Part shown: in pieces, positions 16,284 through 25,732 of the stretch
How the letters are laid out: every line of letters begins with the position of its first letter
Position numbering within the stretch: the stretch's first letter is position 1
From: a virus
Lineage: Duplodnaviria > Caudoviricetes
Length of the DNA: 38,830 bases
Direction: 5' to 3' (one strand)
Virus record (IMG/VR): IMGVR_UViG_3300028792_000008
Location: 1 to 38,830 of that record
The notes under the pieces: generated by a model
Told to the model about the DNA's origin: nothing
What the model saw: the letters and a program-made list of their open reading frames with translations, nothing else
Databases searched by the model: none
Made by a program: the position numbers and the translations under genes

Positions 16284-18998
16284 TCAGTCCCCTACGGTGT
16301 CGGACAGTGCGGATAGCACGATTGTGGCGCTGCTTTGGACGATCTCGGTCGCGACCTCGCGCACCTCAACGAAAAGCGTCGCGCTCTGCGACTGGACGGC
16401 CGTCGCGACCCCGAGGGACCACTCGTGATCGTCTTCGCCGGGCAGCCACGTACCGACCGTGCCCGCATCGAGCGATCCGTCGAGTACGGTCACACGAACT
16501 TCGTACAGCTCCGTAACGACGGTGTCCCACGGCGCGAACGACAACCATTGGTTCACGAAGAATTGCTCGGTCGAGAAGTTCGGCCCGCTATCGACTGTGC
16601 CGCCGGTAATACCCGAGTCGGTGCGGGCGCTCGCGCGGCCGTCGCCATAGTGCTTGTAATACGCAGCAGCCGCACCCGATTCCATGTTGACGCCCGCGAT
16701 CGTGTGGTTAGCCACAGCCACGATGACGAGGCCGTCCTCGCCCGGGTCGTCGTCGGGGTCGCCGACCGGGTCCTGAACATCCCCGGGACCCGGCAGCAGC
16801 GACACGTCAGCGGCGTGCACGCGCTCATCGTCGATCACACCAGCGAGGTCGAACAGCTGCGCGCCATCGTCGGTCTTGCCGCCGTCGGCGATCGACAGGA
16901 CCCGAACAACATCGCGCACGCCGAGGAGGTACTTCGGACGCTCGCGCGTGCCGCTATCCAACACGAGATCGAAGTCAGGGGCCTCGGGGAGAACGACCTC
17001 ATACGGGGTCGCGCCGGCCGAGACTTCGACGGCGTCGGTGAGCGACCCGTCATCACGAATCAACGTCAGGAACAGCGGCCCGCCAGTGAAGTCGGCCGGC
17101 TCCGTCAGCGTGGCTGTGAGCGTGCCCTCGTCCCAGAACGCCACATCTCCCGAGTGCCCGTAACCGGCCACATCGGCGATGAAATCGACGGGGCTCAGGT
17201 ACGCCGGGAGCATGCCTTGCATCTCCGTCTTGAACTCCACTGTACGCGGCCGGTACAGCAGATTCGCGGCTTCGTACAGGCCTTCGCGATGGGCGTGCGT
17301 TTGACCGGTGACGCCCTCCAGGCGCAAGCGCACTGGGTCGGCCATTTCAACCACGCCGGGGAGCGGACACTCGATCGGTGTCCATTCCCACGTCCGATGG
17401 TCTTGGTACTCGACCACGACCCCGTCAGGCGTTCGGTGGGTGCGCAGCTTCTCTGAAATCTGCATCTGCGGTTCGCAGTTGCGCGGGGTGAAGGCGGTAA
17501 CGCTCAGGTCGGCGAGCTCGTCACGCGCGATACTGATAACGCCGTTGCGACGGAACACCCGGCAACGGCCGGCGCGGGCAATCATCTGCATAGCGTCCCA
17601 CGCGCCCATCGTGGAGTCGAAGGTGTAATCGAAACGATCTTGACGCAGTTCCGCTTGAACGCCCAAGTCGTAGAACGATTGAAGGTCGACACGGTAGTCC
17701 GGCCGGCCGATCCCCCACGTGGTCGACGTAGCGAGGTCCAGCACCCACCACACCCAATTCCGGGTGCGCGCCGCTGCGGCCCACGTCAGGTCTGAATTCA
17801 GGGCTCGGGCCTTGCCGTAGGTGATCAGGCGCACGTCGCGCGCCGCGTTCTGCGACAGCTGCGAGCTCGCGCGCAGCACGATCTCGAAGTGCGCCGTGTG
17901 TTCGTTAAGCGGCGCCGGCTCTGCCAGGTACGCGCGCAGCCCCGTCCACGCGATCTCGTGCAGCGCTTGCGGATCGGTGTCTTTGATGTCGGTTCGAACG
18001 ACCCGAATCTCGACACGCGCCGGTGTTGGAATCGGGTACTTGATGCTCCACCGTTGAGGCGTGGACGTGAAGGCCGTTCGCGATTCGGTGCCGAGGATCG
18101 CCCACGCGCCGATCGCCTGCCCGAAGTCATTGATCGGGCGTTGCTCCACTCGCCATTCGACCGTCAGGGCCGCGGTCTTGCCGAGGCCTCGCGTGGCGAC
18201 CACATCGATGCCGACGAAGGCACACGTGCGGTCGGGTGCGCACGCCGCGATGCCCCCAACGTAGCGGCCCGACTCGAGGACCTGAGAGGACACCTCTTCA
18301 GCCGTGGTGACGTTGGCAGCCACCGTCGCGGGTGCGACACCCGGCGCGAGGTATTGAGCCGTCACGATGTCGGCGAAGCGCGAGAGCGGCGTATTTCCGA
18401 TCTTGGCGATCACATCGTAGTCGCCCACACCGACGGCCAGGAGGGCGTAGTAGTACTGCTCGTTGTCAAGGTTGACATCGGTCTCACCGACTTTGGGCAG
18501 GAACTCGAAATAGGGCTGCGCCGCGAATGGCGGATTGATCTCGCGCCGGCCACAGATACGCCAGATCGGTTGATCAAGTCGGGCTTGGTTGCCCGTCAGG
18601 CTTGTGGAGAACGTATCCCCTGTTTCCCCGGGTCGCGGCGGCGCCTTGATGGCCGACGGCGGGATGAGTAGGTTGTACGCGGCCGACGCAGCGAACAGGT
18701 ACGGGGCGAACTCCTGAAAGCCCGGGATGATCGAGGCGACGATCGCCGCAATCTGCAGCAGGCCCCGCAAGTCTTCTTTGTCGCGCGGCACATCGTAGAA
18801 CTCGATGACGTCGCCGGCCCGCGTGTGGCTGGCCCATGACTCACGCAGCAGCCATTCGCCGTTCACGCGGCAGATCAGCGAGCCTTCGGGGGTCGGGGCC
18901 AGCGACGCGATGCTCACGCCCAGTGCGCACGAACTCATGTCGCGCACGTGCATCCCGACAAGAGGGTTCGAACAGACCCCGACAACCGCGCGTTTCAT
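16284..18998 (-). CDS. Tail tip / central fibre protein (lambda gpJ-like, with gpI-like N-terminus)
   Basis: N-terminal ubiquitin-like segment (ICRVNGEW...GDVIEF), NQARLDQPI..ICGR, TRNWVW, RQDRFDY.FD, IARAGR; ATG at 18998. Confidence 0.85.
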   Translation of the reverse strand: MKRAVVGVCSNPLVGMHVRDMSSCALGVSIASLAPTPEGSLICRVNGEWLLRESWASHTRAGDVIEFYDVPRDKEDLRGLLQIAAIVASIIPGFQEFAPYLFAASAAYNLLIPPSAIKAPPRPGETGDTFSTSLTGNQARLDQPIWRICGRREINPPFAAQPYFEFLPKVGETDVNLDNEQYYYALLAVGVGDYDVIAKIGNTPLSRFADIVTAQYLAPGVAPATVAANVTTAEEVSSQVLESGRYVGGIAACAPDRTCAFVGIDVVATRGLGKTAALTVEWRVEQRPINDFGQAIGAWAILGTESRTAFTSTPQRWSIKYPIPTPARVEIRVVRTDIKDTDPQALHEIAWTGLRAYLAEPAPLNEHTAHFEIVLRASSQLSQNAARDVRLITYGKARALNSDLTWAAAARTRNWVWWVLDLATSTTWGIGRPDYRVDLQSFYDLGVQAELRQDRFDYTFDSTMGAWDAMQMIARAGRCRVFRRNGVISIARDELADLSVTAFTPRNCEPQMQISEKLRTHRTPDGVVVEYQDHRTWEWTPIECPLPGVVEMADPVRLRLEGVTGQTHAHREGLYEAANLLYRPRTVEFKTEMQGMLPAYLSPVDFIADVAGYGHSGDVAFWDEGTLTATLTEPADFTGGPLFLTLIRDDGSLTDAVEVSAGATPYEVVLPEAPDFDLVLDSGTRERPKYLLGVRDVVRVLSIADGGKTDDGAQLFDLAGVIDDERVHAADVSLLPGPGDVQDPVGDPDDDPGEDGLVIVAVANHTIAGVNMESGAAAAYYKHYGDGRASARTDSGITGGTVDSGPNFSTEQFFVNQWLSFAPWDTVVTELYEVRVTVLDGSLDAGTVGTWLPGEDDHEWSLGVATAVQSQSATLFVEVREVATEIVQSSATIVLSALSDTVGD

Positions 18999-19381
18999 AC
19001 AGGTTTCCCCCAGACTTCGACTCGTTCGGCCCATGCCGTCGCTTCACGCCACGGCCGCCAGCAAACCCCAGCATTGTGGTCGGACTCAAGCACGCCGAGT
19101 CGCCCGTTCGTTTCGCAGGCCATGCCGACGTGTAGGCGGCCCATGCCGGCCATGACGACCACATCCCCATCCCGAGGCACTGGCTGACGCGTCGCGTGCG
19201 CCTGGCGGGCCGCGGCGCGGATCGCGCGGTAGTTCTCGGCGCTGGGCGCGGGGTCGCCGACGGCCACAATCGGCAGCACCTCACCCCAGCGTCGGCGCCA
19301 GCCTTCGCGCACGAGCCACCAGCAGTTGCGCGCCGGGGTGTGCGAACGGCCGACCAGGTCGCGAGCCCAATGCGCGCTCAT
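18995..19381 (-). CDS. NlpC/P60-like tail assembly protein (gpK C-domain-like)
   Basis: WARDLVG...NCWWLV...DGDVVVM...LHVGM Cys/His pattern. Confidence 0.8.
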   Translation of the reverse strand: MSAHWARDLVGRSHTPARNCWWLVREGWRRRWGEVLPIVAVGDPAPSAENYRAIRAAARQAHATRQPVPRDGDVVVMAGMGRLHVGMACETNGRLGVLESDHNAGVCWRPWREATAWAERVEVWGKPV

Positions 19382-19920
19382 CGCTTGAGCCCGGGATACT
19401 CCGACCGCTTGAACCGCAGCGCGGGGATCGCGATGTTGGCATCGTCATCGAACGAGGCTGTCAGGCGCGCGCCGGCACCGGCGATCTCGAATTTCGACAG
19501 CTCAAAGGCCAACGGGGGTGACTGCGCTAGACGCGTCGTGTCATCGCTCGAGTAGACGCGTTCGATCAGCACCCATTCATCGATCGACCCGCGCGCCGCA
19601 TCGAACACCGGTTTCAGGATGCCGGCCACATCTGACCGGGCAAGCGTCACCGTAGGCGAGGCCGCTGTGTCCGACTCCTCCGGTCGTTCAACCCGCACAG
19701 GGCATGAGATGAACTCCACGACCTCGCCCGCATTGGACGGCGCGTCAGCCTCGAGCGTGGCGAACAGGGGTGTCTTGTCGTCCACAAACCGGAACGGGAT
19801 GGCGACCGTCGGATGACGCAGTTCGTAGGCGTACAGCATCGCTCGGCTGATAGGGGCGATAGCGGCCGCCTCTTGCAGAGCAGTTGTGAGCGTCACCCCT
19901 TTGCGGACAATGTCGGTCAT
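19378..19920 (-). CDS. Minor tail protein (DUF1833 / gpL-position)
   Basis: YELRHP...RFV...TLE...F...P, C-terminal F...YPGL; synteny before NlpC/P60. Confidence 0.75.
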   Translation of the reverse strand: MTDIVRKGVTLTTALQEAAAIAPISRAMLYAYELRHPTVAIPFRFVDDKTPLFATLEADAPSNAGEVVEFISCPVRVERPEESDTAASPTVTLARSDVAGILKPVFDAARGSIDEWVLIERVYSSDDTTRLAQSPPLAFELSKFEIAGAGARLTASFDDDANIAIPALRFKRSEYPGLKR

Positions 19921-20972
19921 GTTGGGAAACTCTCAGGCGGGGTGAAGGGGTGGGTGTAGAACGCGAGACCTCGGAAGACTCGAACCATGTCGTAATGCGC
20001 GGCGTTGCCGAGGTGCGCAGTATCGGTCGCGATCTTTCCGATCGTCATCATCGAGTCTGCGGGCGACGGGTCTGCGATCGAACCGGAGAACCCGGTTTCA
20101 AACGCCACTTCCACGCCGTTCTGCCACAAGGACACGCGATCGTTTTTGCGCGTCGCCGCGAAGTGCGTCCACGCCATTGAGCCGAGAATAGTGTCGGAAA
20201 TTATGGAGTGCTCAACGCCTAGACTCGTCTTCCAGAAGAAGGCCATTTCGTCACCGTGGCCGCCGCCCGCCAAGCCGGTGTAAAACAGCCATGCCGCTGT
20301 CGCGCTTTCCGAATCGGTGATGCCGAACCACGTGCGGCCGTCCAACGGGTTGTTGTCGGGTCGGACCCAAAACTCAATAGTGAAATCCTCGTCACCCAAC
20401 GCCACCCCGGCGTTATACGGGGTCGCAAGGCGCGCCTCGTCGTCAGTCAGGTACAGCGACGAGGCACCGTCGACAAACTGCGAGGTCGAAAGGTACGCCA
20501 CGGTACCGTCCGTCGTCCACCTCGCGCTCGCCGACCCCTCGTCATGAAAGACGGTCGTGTGATCATCTCCGTTGAAACGCATCAAGACGAGGGGTCCGAA
20601 CGCTTCAGGGAACTCACCCACGCCGCGCACCTCAAGGGCGGCCGTGACGCGCCAGAAGCCGCCGGCCAGGAACGTGCGCCGCGGCTGCTGCGTGAATTTA
20701 CGAACGATCGGCACGGCCCCCTGCGGTGTCGGCCAGGTTGCCACGAACCACGCGCCGCCGTATTCAAGATTGCCGCGCCACCATTCCATCAACGTTTCAA
20801 ACTGCGCGGTCGTCAACGGCGGCCATGTCGCCTGCTCCGTCGCGCCTCGATCGCGTTGCAGTGCGCGCGCATCCCGTGGGCGGCGCGGGTCCGACAGTTG
20901 GCGGCGCTCAAGCGGCGCATACTGCAGTAACGCGGGGCACGGCAGGGATTCGGGGTAAGTCTGGGCAGCCAT
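19917..20972 (-). CDS. Distal tail (gpM-like) domain fused to a LamG lectin domain
   Basis: YPESLPCP...EWWRGNLEYGGAWF...FWRVTAALEV, then LMRFNG...DFTIEFWVRP...WTHFAATR...YDMVRVFRG. Confidence 0.75.
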   Translation of the reverse strand: MAAQTYPESLPCPALLQYAPLERRQLSDPRRPRDARALQRDRGATEQATWPPLTTAQFETLMEWWRGNLEYGGAWFVATWPTPQGAVPIVRKFTQQPRRTFLAGGFWRVTAALEVRGVGEFPEAFGPLVLMRFNGDDHTTVFHDEGSASARWTTDGTVAYLSTSQFVDGASSLYLTDDEARLATPYNAGVALGDEDFTIEFWVRPDNNPLDGRTWFGITDSESATAAWLFYTGLAGGGHGDEMAFFWKTSLGVEHSIISDTILGSMAWTHFAATRKNDRVSLWQNGVEVAFETGFSGSIADPSPADSMMTIGKIATDTAHLGNAAHYDMVRVFRGLAFYTHPFTPPESFPT

Positions 20973-20976
20973 AAGG

Positions 20977-21606
20977 TCAGGTTTCAGTGATGCGAGTTTC
21001 GCCGTCTTCGGTCAGTCGCGTTTCTCCATCTTCCGTAATTCGGGCCTCTTCGCCCGTGTCGATCCCCAGCTCGATCAGGAACTCGGCGGCCATGCTTGAT
21101 GGGTGCGATCCGATCAACTCGATCAGGAACTCGGCGGCCAGATGCGCAGGTGGGTAGACGGTCGCCCGCACGTCACGAAGCTCGATCAGGAACTCGGCGG
21201 CCATGAGGCCGAACTCAGGCGGCTCAACGCTGCCCTCACCGAACAACATCAGCGAGCCGGTGACGTGCGCCCGACCGAGAGGGAGCATTTCGTACTCAAT
21301 GCGGGTCCACCGCGCCTCCCACCACACCAGCAGAGGCCCCGTCGTCTCATTCCGGATACGCGCTGAGAAGGTCCGCACGCCGGCCTGAAGCGTCGTCTCG
21401 AACCACTCTTCGACCGCCTCGAGCTGGCCCGCTTCGAGGAACCACTCGATTCCGACCTCGCGCTCAGTGACGGTCCACACGCGGCGCGTGCGGCTATGCC
21501 CCGTGGCGGCCTTCCACTGCGCATACACGCTGTCCTCGGTCACATCGTGGCCGGTGGCCAGGAACTCAGCGGTCCCCGGCGGCGTGATGATGGCCGGAAG
21601 CGTCAT
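20977..21606 (-). CDS. Distal tail (gpM-like) protein with repeated C-terminal peptides
   Basis: Directly after the tape measure; TGHSRTRR...EEWFETTLQAG; C-terminal (AAEFLIEL)x3 and RITEDGETRLTEDGETRITET. Confidence 0.7.
   Translation of the reverse strand: MTLPAIITPPGTAEFLATGHDVTEDSVYAQWKAATGHSRTRRVWTVTEREVGIEWFLEAGQLEAVEEWFETTLQAGVRTFSARIRNETTGPLLVWWEARWTRIEYEMLPLGRAHVTGSLMLFGEGSVEPPEFGLMAAEFLIELRDVRATVYPPAHLAAEFLIELIGSHPSSMAAEFLIELGIDTGEEARITEDGETRLTEDGETRITET
21070..21203. repeat. Three exact 23-bp direct repeats (coding)
   Basis: CTCGATCAGGAACTCGGCGGCCA at 21070, 21118 and 21181; periods 48 and 63 nt. Confidence 0.9.
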
Positions 21607-23858
21607 CCGCGCACCGGCAGGGAGTTGTTGAGGTTCACACCGCGCGCCTTCAGGCCACGGGATACGGGCCCGGTGCCGCCGGCAACGTCCGCGCCCACGG
21701 CGTTGAGCATGATCTTCACGAGCGTTCCCGTGTCGGTCTCTTGCGTTGTGGATCGTGCCGACACGGGGGAGCCGTTGTTCGTGACCTGAACGGTCACGGG
21801 GCGGGGGCCGCCGAGTACGCCGTTCGGCAGCATGCGCCCGCTGGTGCTGGGGCGGAAGACCTCGGGGCCCTTCTCGCCCACGAGGTACGCGCCGCCGGCG
21901 TGCTCCGTACCTCCCCCCGCGTGACGACCGCGGATCATGTCTCCGGTGCCGCTCAGGGGGCTATCGCCGGCTGTGATGGGCGAACCCGAGAAGCTGCCGA
22001 ACAGGCCCGCGATCGATCCGAGAATGCTGCCGATGCCCGAATTCTGAGCGTCCACAATGGGCTGGATCAGCGGGCGCAGGATCGTCTTTGCGAACTGGGC
22101 TTTCAGCTCGCGCAGGAAAATGTCGGTCAGCGACTCGCCCTTGCGGAAGCCGTCAAGAATGCCCGCCTCGATCTGGTCGCCGAGGACGTCGCGGGTCTTG
22201 TCCGCGGCTTTCTGGGCGAACTCTTTGCCCGCCTCCTCGGCCGTGCGATCGGCTTTCTGCGTCAGGAGTTGCTCGCGTTCGGTGAGAAGATCGATCTCTT
22301 GCTGCAGCACCTGCAGCTGCGTCTCATCCACGCCGGCGGCTTCCTTCTTCGCCAGGGTGCTTTGCTTCTCGGCGCGAGTGACGCGCACGAGCTGCAGTTC
22401 CCTCGCGGCGAGCTCCTCTTTCGACAGGCCGATGGCGTCGATCTCGTCACGCAGCGCCATGTTTTGCTTGGCGATAGCGTCGGCCTCGGCCAGCTGCGCC
22501 TTGCCGATGTTCGTGTTTGTCTGGACCTCGCCGTCACGCAGTTCTTTGAGCTGCTTCTCGTAGTCGAGGAGCTGGGCCGTCTGCAGAATCTGCACCTCGA
22601 CCTGCGGCGTGATGCCCTTCAGGCGGCCCGATTGAATCTCGGCAAGGGCTTTCTCTTGGGCCGACAGGTGTTCGACGCCCTCGACCTGTTTCTGCAAGGC
22701 CTCGAGGTAGCGGTCGGCCTCGGTTTGCTTGTCGCCGGCGGCCTTGTCTTTCTTCGCAGCGCCATTGAATTCGAGCTGTGGCCGGCGGCCAAGACGGCGC
22801 GTCTCTGCGTCGGACTGGTTCGGGTCGGGCTTGGCCGCCTCCTGCGCCGCTTGGCGGATGCGGGCGATGCGCTGGCTGAAAAGCTCCGCGCTGAGGAGCT
22901 TGTCGATATCAGCCTGCGCCTCTATCGCGATGTTCTTCGCGGCCTGCACGTCGCCGTGTGTGAGAGCGTTCAAGGCTGCCGATTCCGCAGCGATGACCTT
23001 GCCGATCGTTTGGAAGACACGGGCAACACCCTGACCCGCATCGACCACGAAGGCGAGCACGTCGACGGCACCTTGAGCGAATTCCTTGATCGGCGATTCG
23101 GTCGCCAGTTTCTTGCCGCTCGCGTCGATGCCCGCCAGCTCGGCGAAGACCTCTTTACCGGCCGCCGTAAGATCATTGAGGGCCGGTAACACATCCGTGG
23201 CCGCCGACGCCGCGTAGGCCTTCAGCGTAGCGTTCAGGCGAGCTTGCTTGTCTTTGTAGTCGTCAGCGAGTTCGATTTGCTGTTGCGTGAGGATGACTTG
23301 ACGGCCGCCCGAGGACTCAAGTTCCTTGAACACGTTGAGCATCGACGCGCCGGACTTGCCGAACAGCGCCAGAGCGACCGCGGTTTTCTGCGACCCGTCC
23401 GCGAACCCATTGAAGGCTTTTGACAGCGCGTCGATCTGTTCAACGGGATTGAGCTTCTTGAATTCCTCGATCGGGATGCCGAGGGCCGACAGCGCCGCAC
23501 CCGCGGCCTTCGACTCGTCATCGACGCCGCTCAGGTTCTTCGTGAGCTTGTTCATCTGCCCGGCCATGTCGGCCACAGATGTGCCCGCGACTTGGGCAAC
23601 AACGCTCAGGGACGCGAGTTCCTCGGCGGTCGCGCCGGTCTGTTCCTCGAGGTCTTTGAACTCCGCGGCAGCACCGGCGAAGTGTTCGAAGGCGGCGTAG
23701 GCGCCGGCTGCTGCGGCCGCAAGGCCGACACCGACCGCCGTGCCGACGGTTGCCGCTCGTTTCTTCAGGTCTTCGAGGGCCTTCTCCGCACGCTTCGTGT
23801 CCGTCTCGAAGCTGCCCGTTTTCATGAGCAGGTCGATTACTATGCTACCGGCTGCTAT
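21603..23858 (-). CDS. Tail tape measure protein (likely non-canonical ATA start)
   Basis: Long Ala/Glu/Lys-rich helical protein, ALFGKSG, C-terminal YLVGEKGPEVF. The frame extends upstream of ATG 23825 as ATA-AAGSIVIDLL, with AGGAGA 6 nt before the ATA and an in-frame stop at 23876-23874. Confidence 0.88.
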   Translation of the reverse strand: MAAGSIVIDLLMKTGSFETDTKRAEKALEDLKKRAATVGTAVGVGLAAAAAGAYAAFEHFAGAAAEFKDLEEQTGATAEELASLSVVAQVAGTSVADMAGQMNKLTKNLSGVDDESKAAGAALSALGIPIEEFKKLNPVEQIDALSKAFNGFADGSQKTAVALALFGKSGASMLNVFKELESSGGRQVILTQQQIELADDYKDKQARLNATLKAYAASAATDVLPALNDLTAAGKEVFAELAGIDASGKKLATESPIKEFAQGAVDVLAFVVDAGQGVARVFQTIGKVIAAESAALNALTHGDVQAAKNIAIEAQADIDKLLSAELFSQRIARIRQAAQEAAKPDPNQSDAETRRLGRRPQLEFNGAAKKDKAAGDKQTEADRYLEALQKQVEGVEHLSAQEKALAEIQSGRLKGITPQVEVQILQTAQLLDYEKQLKELRDGEVQTNTNIGKAQLAEADAIAKQNMALRDEIDAIGLSKEELAARELQLVRVTRAEKQSTLAKKEAAGVDETQLQVLQQEIDLLTEREQLLTQKADRTAEEAGKEFAQKAADKTRDVLGDQIEAGILDGFRKGESLTDIFLRELKAQFAKTILRPLIQPIVDAQNSGIGSILGSIAGLFGSFSGSPITAGDSPLSGTGDMIRGRHAGGGTEHAGGAYLVGEKGPEVFRPSTSGRMLPNGVLGGPRPVTVQVTNNGSPVSARSTTQETDTGTLVKIMLNAVGADVAGGTGPVSRGLKARGVNLNNSLPVRG

Positions 23859-23896
23859 GATATGTCTCCTTCGTCATTAACCTTCTTGGAAAGCCA

Positions 23897-24541
23897 ATGA
23901 CCTTTGAGAAAAACCCCGCCCCGACTACCGGCGGCGTCTACGCGATCATCCACAATGCGAGCCGGAAACGCTACATCGGAAGCACGACTAGCTTTCGAAG
24001 ACGCTGGGCGGAGCACAAAAGCGCCCTGAACCGGGGTATCCACCGTTCGCCAAAGTTGCAAGCCGCGTGGACAAAACACGGGGCGGTTGCTTTCGAATTC
24101 CGAGTTCTCGAGCCAGTCGCCGACCGTTCCGCCATTCTGGCCCGTGAGCAAGCGTGGTTGGATATCGCCTTCCCTGAATACAACTGGATGCGACGCGCGG
24201 AAAGCCCTGCCGGGATGAAGCGGGGCCCCCTCAGTGCCGAACACAAAGCAAAGCTTTCGACAGCGAGAAAAGGAAAACCGCTTCCACCTGAACAGCGCGA
24301 GGCGCTCGCGCTTCTCAATCGAAACCGCACCCCTGAGCATTGCGCCAACATCAGCAAAGCAAAGAAGGGGGTTCCGCGAGCCCCCGAACATATTAGAGCG
24401 GCCGCCCTTGCTCGCGTCGGTTTGAAGCGAAGTGAAGAGGCTAAAAAGAAAACAGCCGAGGCCTTGCGAGGCAAACCAAAAAGCCCAGAACATCGCGCCG
24501 CCATATCCGCTGCCGCCAAACGAAGAGTGCGCAAACCGTAG
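23897..24541 (+). mobile_element. Free-standing GIY-YIG homing endonuclease with NUMOD3-like repeats
   Basis: GVYAI...RYIGST..F.RRW.EH, REQAWLD, EYN; repeats SAEHKAKLS..RKGK, PEHCANISKAKKG, SEEAKKK..ALRGK; antisense to tail operon; more A-rich than flanks. Confidence 0.9.
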
Positions 24542-24551
24542 CCTCACGTGC

Positions 24552-24884
24552 TCACCCCGCTGTGTTCGGATCGATCCCGAAGGCTCGCATCGTGTTGTAG
24601 TCCGCGAGCGTCATTCCCTCAGGCAACGGCTCCGGTTCCAAGTAGTCTAGGGCAGATTGAATCGCTTGATTCACGTCGCCCGTGCGCGCGGCCACGCTGA
24701 CGAGGGCCGCGGGCCGGTAGTAGCGGTGCCGATCGTCGAACGGGAAACGCCGATAGAACGCCACCCATGAATCGAGCTCGCGCTGCGACATTGCTCGCTT
24801 CCACTCGACGATCGTGCGACCGCCGAGCGCGAGGGCGAGGATGTGCCAGAAAGTCTCCTCGCCCCTGGCGCCTAGACGTTTTTT
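24552..24884 (-). CDS. Tail assembly chaperone, frameshift extension (gpT-like)
   Basis: -1 frame relative to upstream chaperone; FWHILALALGGRTIVEWKRAMS..E...W.AFY...PF. Confidence 0.8.
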   Translation of the reverse strand, partial: KKRLGARGEETFWHILALALGGRTIVEWKRAMSQRELDSWVAFYRRFPFDDRHRYYRPAALVSVAARTGDVNQAIQSALDYLEPEPLPEGMTLADYNTMRAFGIDPNTAG

Positions 24885-25198
24885 TCTTTCTTCGTCAGGC
24901 CGTTGGCGTCCATGCACGCGCGCCGCAGCGCGGCCACGACGGGGGCTTTAAGCCTTCGTGCCTCTTCGACAGTGAGCGCCTCGCCGCAGTCAGGCATGCA
25001 CACGCAATCGGCAATGAGGCGGTACGGCGCGAGGTTCGAGACCTCGGGATCGTCGGAAACGATTTCCGTGTGATAGTCCGCCCAGCGCTGGGCGGACAGG
25101 TCGCGAAAACAAAACGCGTGAGTCGACCCGTCGGCAAGGGTCACGTTCCGAGAGACGGGGGTGTCGCTCAGGAAAAACGCCGCATCTAGGCGGCTCAT
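24872..25198 (-). CDS. Tail assembly chaperone (gpG-like)
   Basis: Between major tail and tape measure; ends GAA AAA AAC GTC TAG. Confidence 0.82.
   Translation of the reverse strand: MSRLDAAFFLSDTPVSRNVTLADGSTHAFCFRDLSAQRWADYHTEIVSDDPEVSNLAPYRLIADCVCMPDCGEALTVEEARRLKAPVVAALRRACMDANGLTKKEKNV
24878..24884 (-). other. Programmed -1 ribosomal frameshift site A AAA AAC
   Basis: X XXY YYZ heptamer in the correct frame one codon before the stop; the -1 frame reads on as RLGARGEETFWH. Confidence 0.85.
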
Positions 25199-25686
25199 GC
25201 CGGCGTGTAGGGCGTGAAGACCACGGCGCCGGAACGCTGCAGGGTGAGGGTGCCGCGCACGATCTCGTTCGTGGCGAGATCGATGTTCACGTCACTGATG
25301 TAGGCGCTGAAACCGAAGGACGAGCGGTTCGTCGGGACGACAAACGCGCCGTCGGTGTCGATGGTCGGCGCCGTGGTGCTCTCGGACAGCAAGGCAAGCC
25401 ACTTGAGCACCGTCCCCGCCTCTTTCAGGTCGAACAGGATTTGGTGCGAGTGCTCTCGCGGGATCATGTTGAACGGGACGGAGACTTGCCCGGGGTTGCC
25501 CAAACCGGCAACGAATTCCTTGTCTCCCGTGGTGTCGAGACACGTGGTCTCGATCTGGTCCTTCGCGCCGCCGAGGCCGCTAATGCCCGTCGGGCAAACC
25601 AGTTTGACGAGGTCGAGGTCAGTGGTCGTGACGGTATCGACAAAGTACAGTTCTGACCCTTGGGTCTTGACGGTTCCGACGGTCAT
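25195..25686 (-). CDS. Major tail (tube) protein
   Basis: KTQGSELY...CPTGISGLGG.KDQIETTCLD...GL.NPG...F.AY; strong GAAAGG RBS. Confidence 0.88.
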   Translation of the reverse strand: MTVGTVKTQGSELYFVDTVTTTDLDLVKLVCPTGISGLGGAKDQIETTCLDTTGDKEFVAGLGNPGQVSVPFNMIPREHSHQILFDLKEAGTVLKWLALLSESTTAPTIDTDGAFVVPTNRSSFGFSAYISDVNIDLATNEIVRGTLTLQRSGAVVFTPYTPA

Positions 25687-25732
25687 GATGGTGCCTTTCA
25701 GGAGAAGCCCAGGGGGCGTGATGTGGTCGAGA

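Noticed and set aside
21070-21203. Three 23-bp exact repeats resembling a mini CRISPR array
   Set aside because: Periods of 48 and 63 nt are multiples of 3, spacers are unequal (25 and 40 nt), and the repeats encode AAEFLIE in a tail gene.
23855-24547. 230-aa minus-strand ORF co-oriented with the tail operon
   Set aside because: Shadow of the GIY-YIG gene, whose plus-strand frame has clear catalytic motifs.
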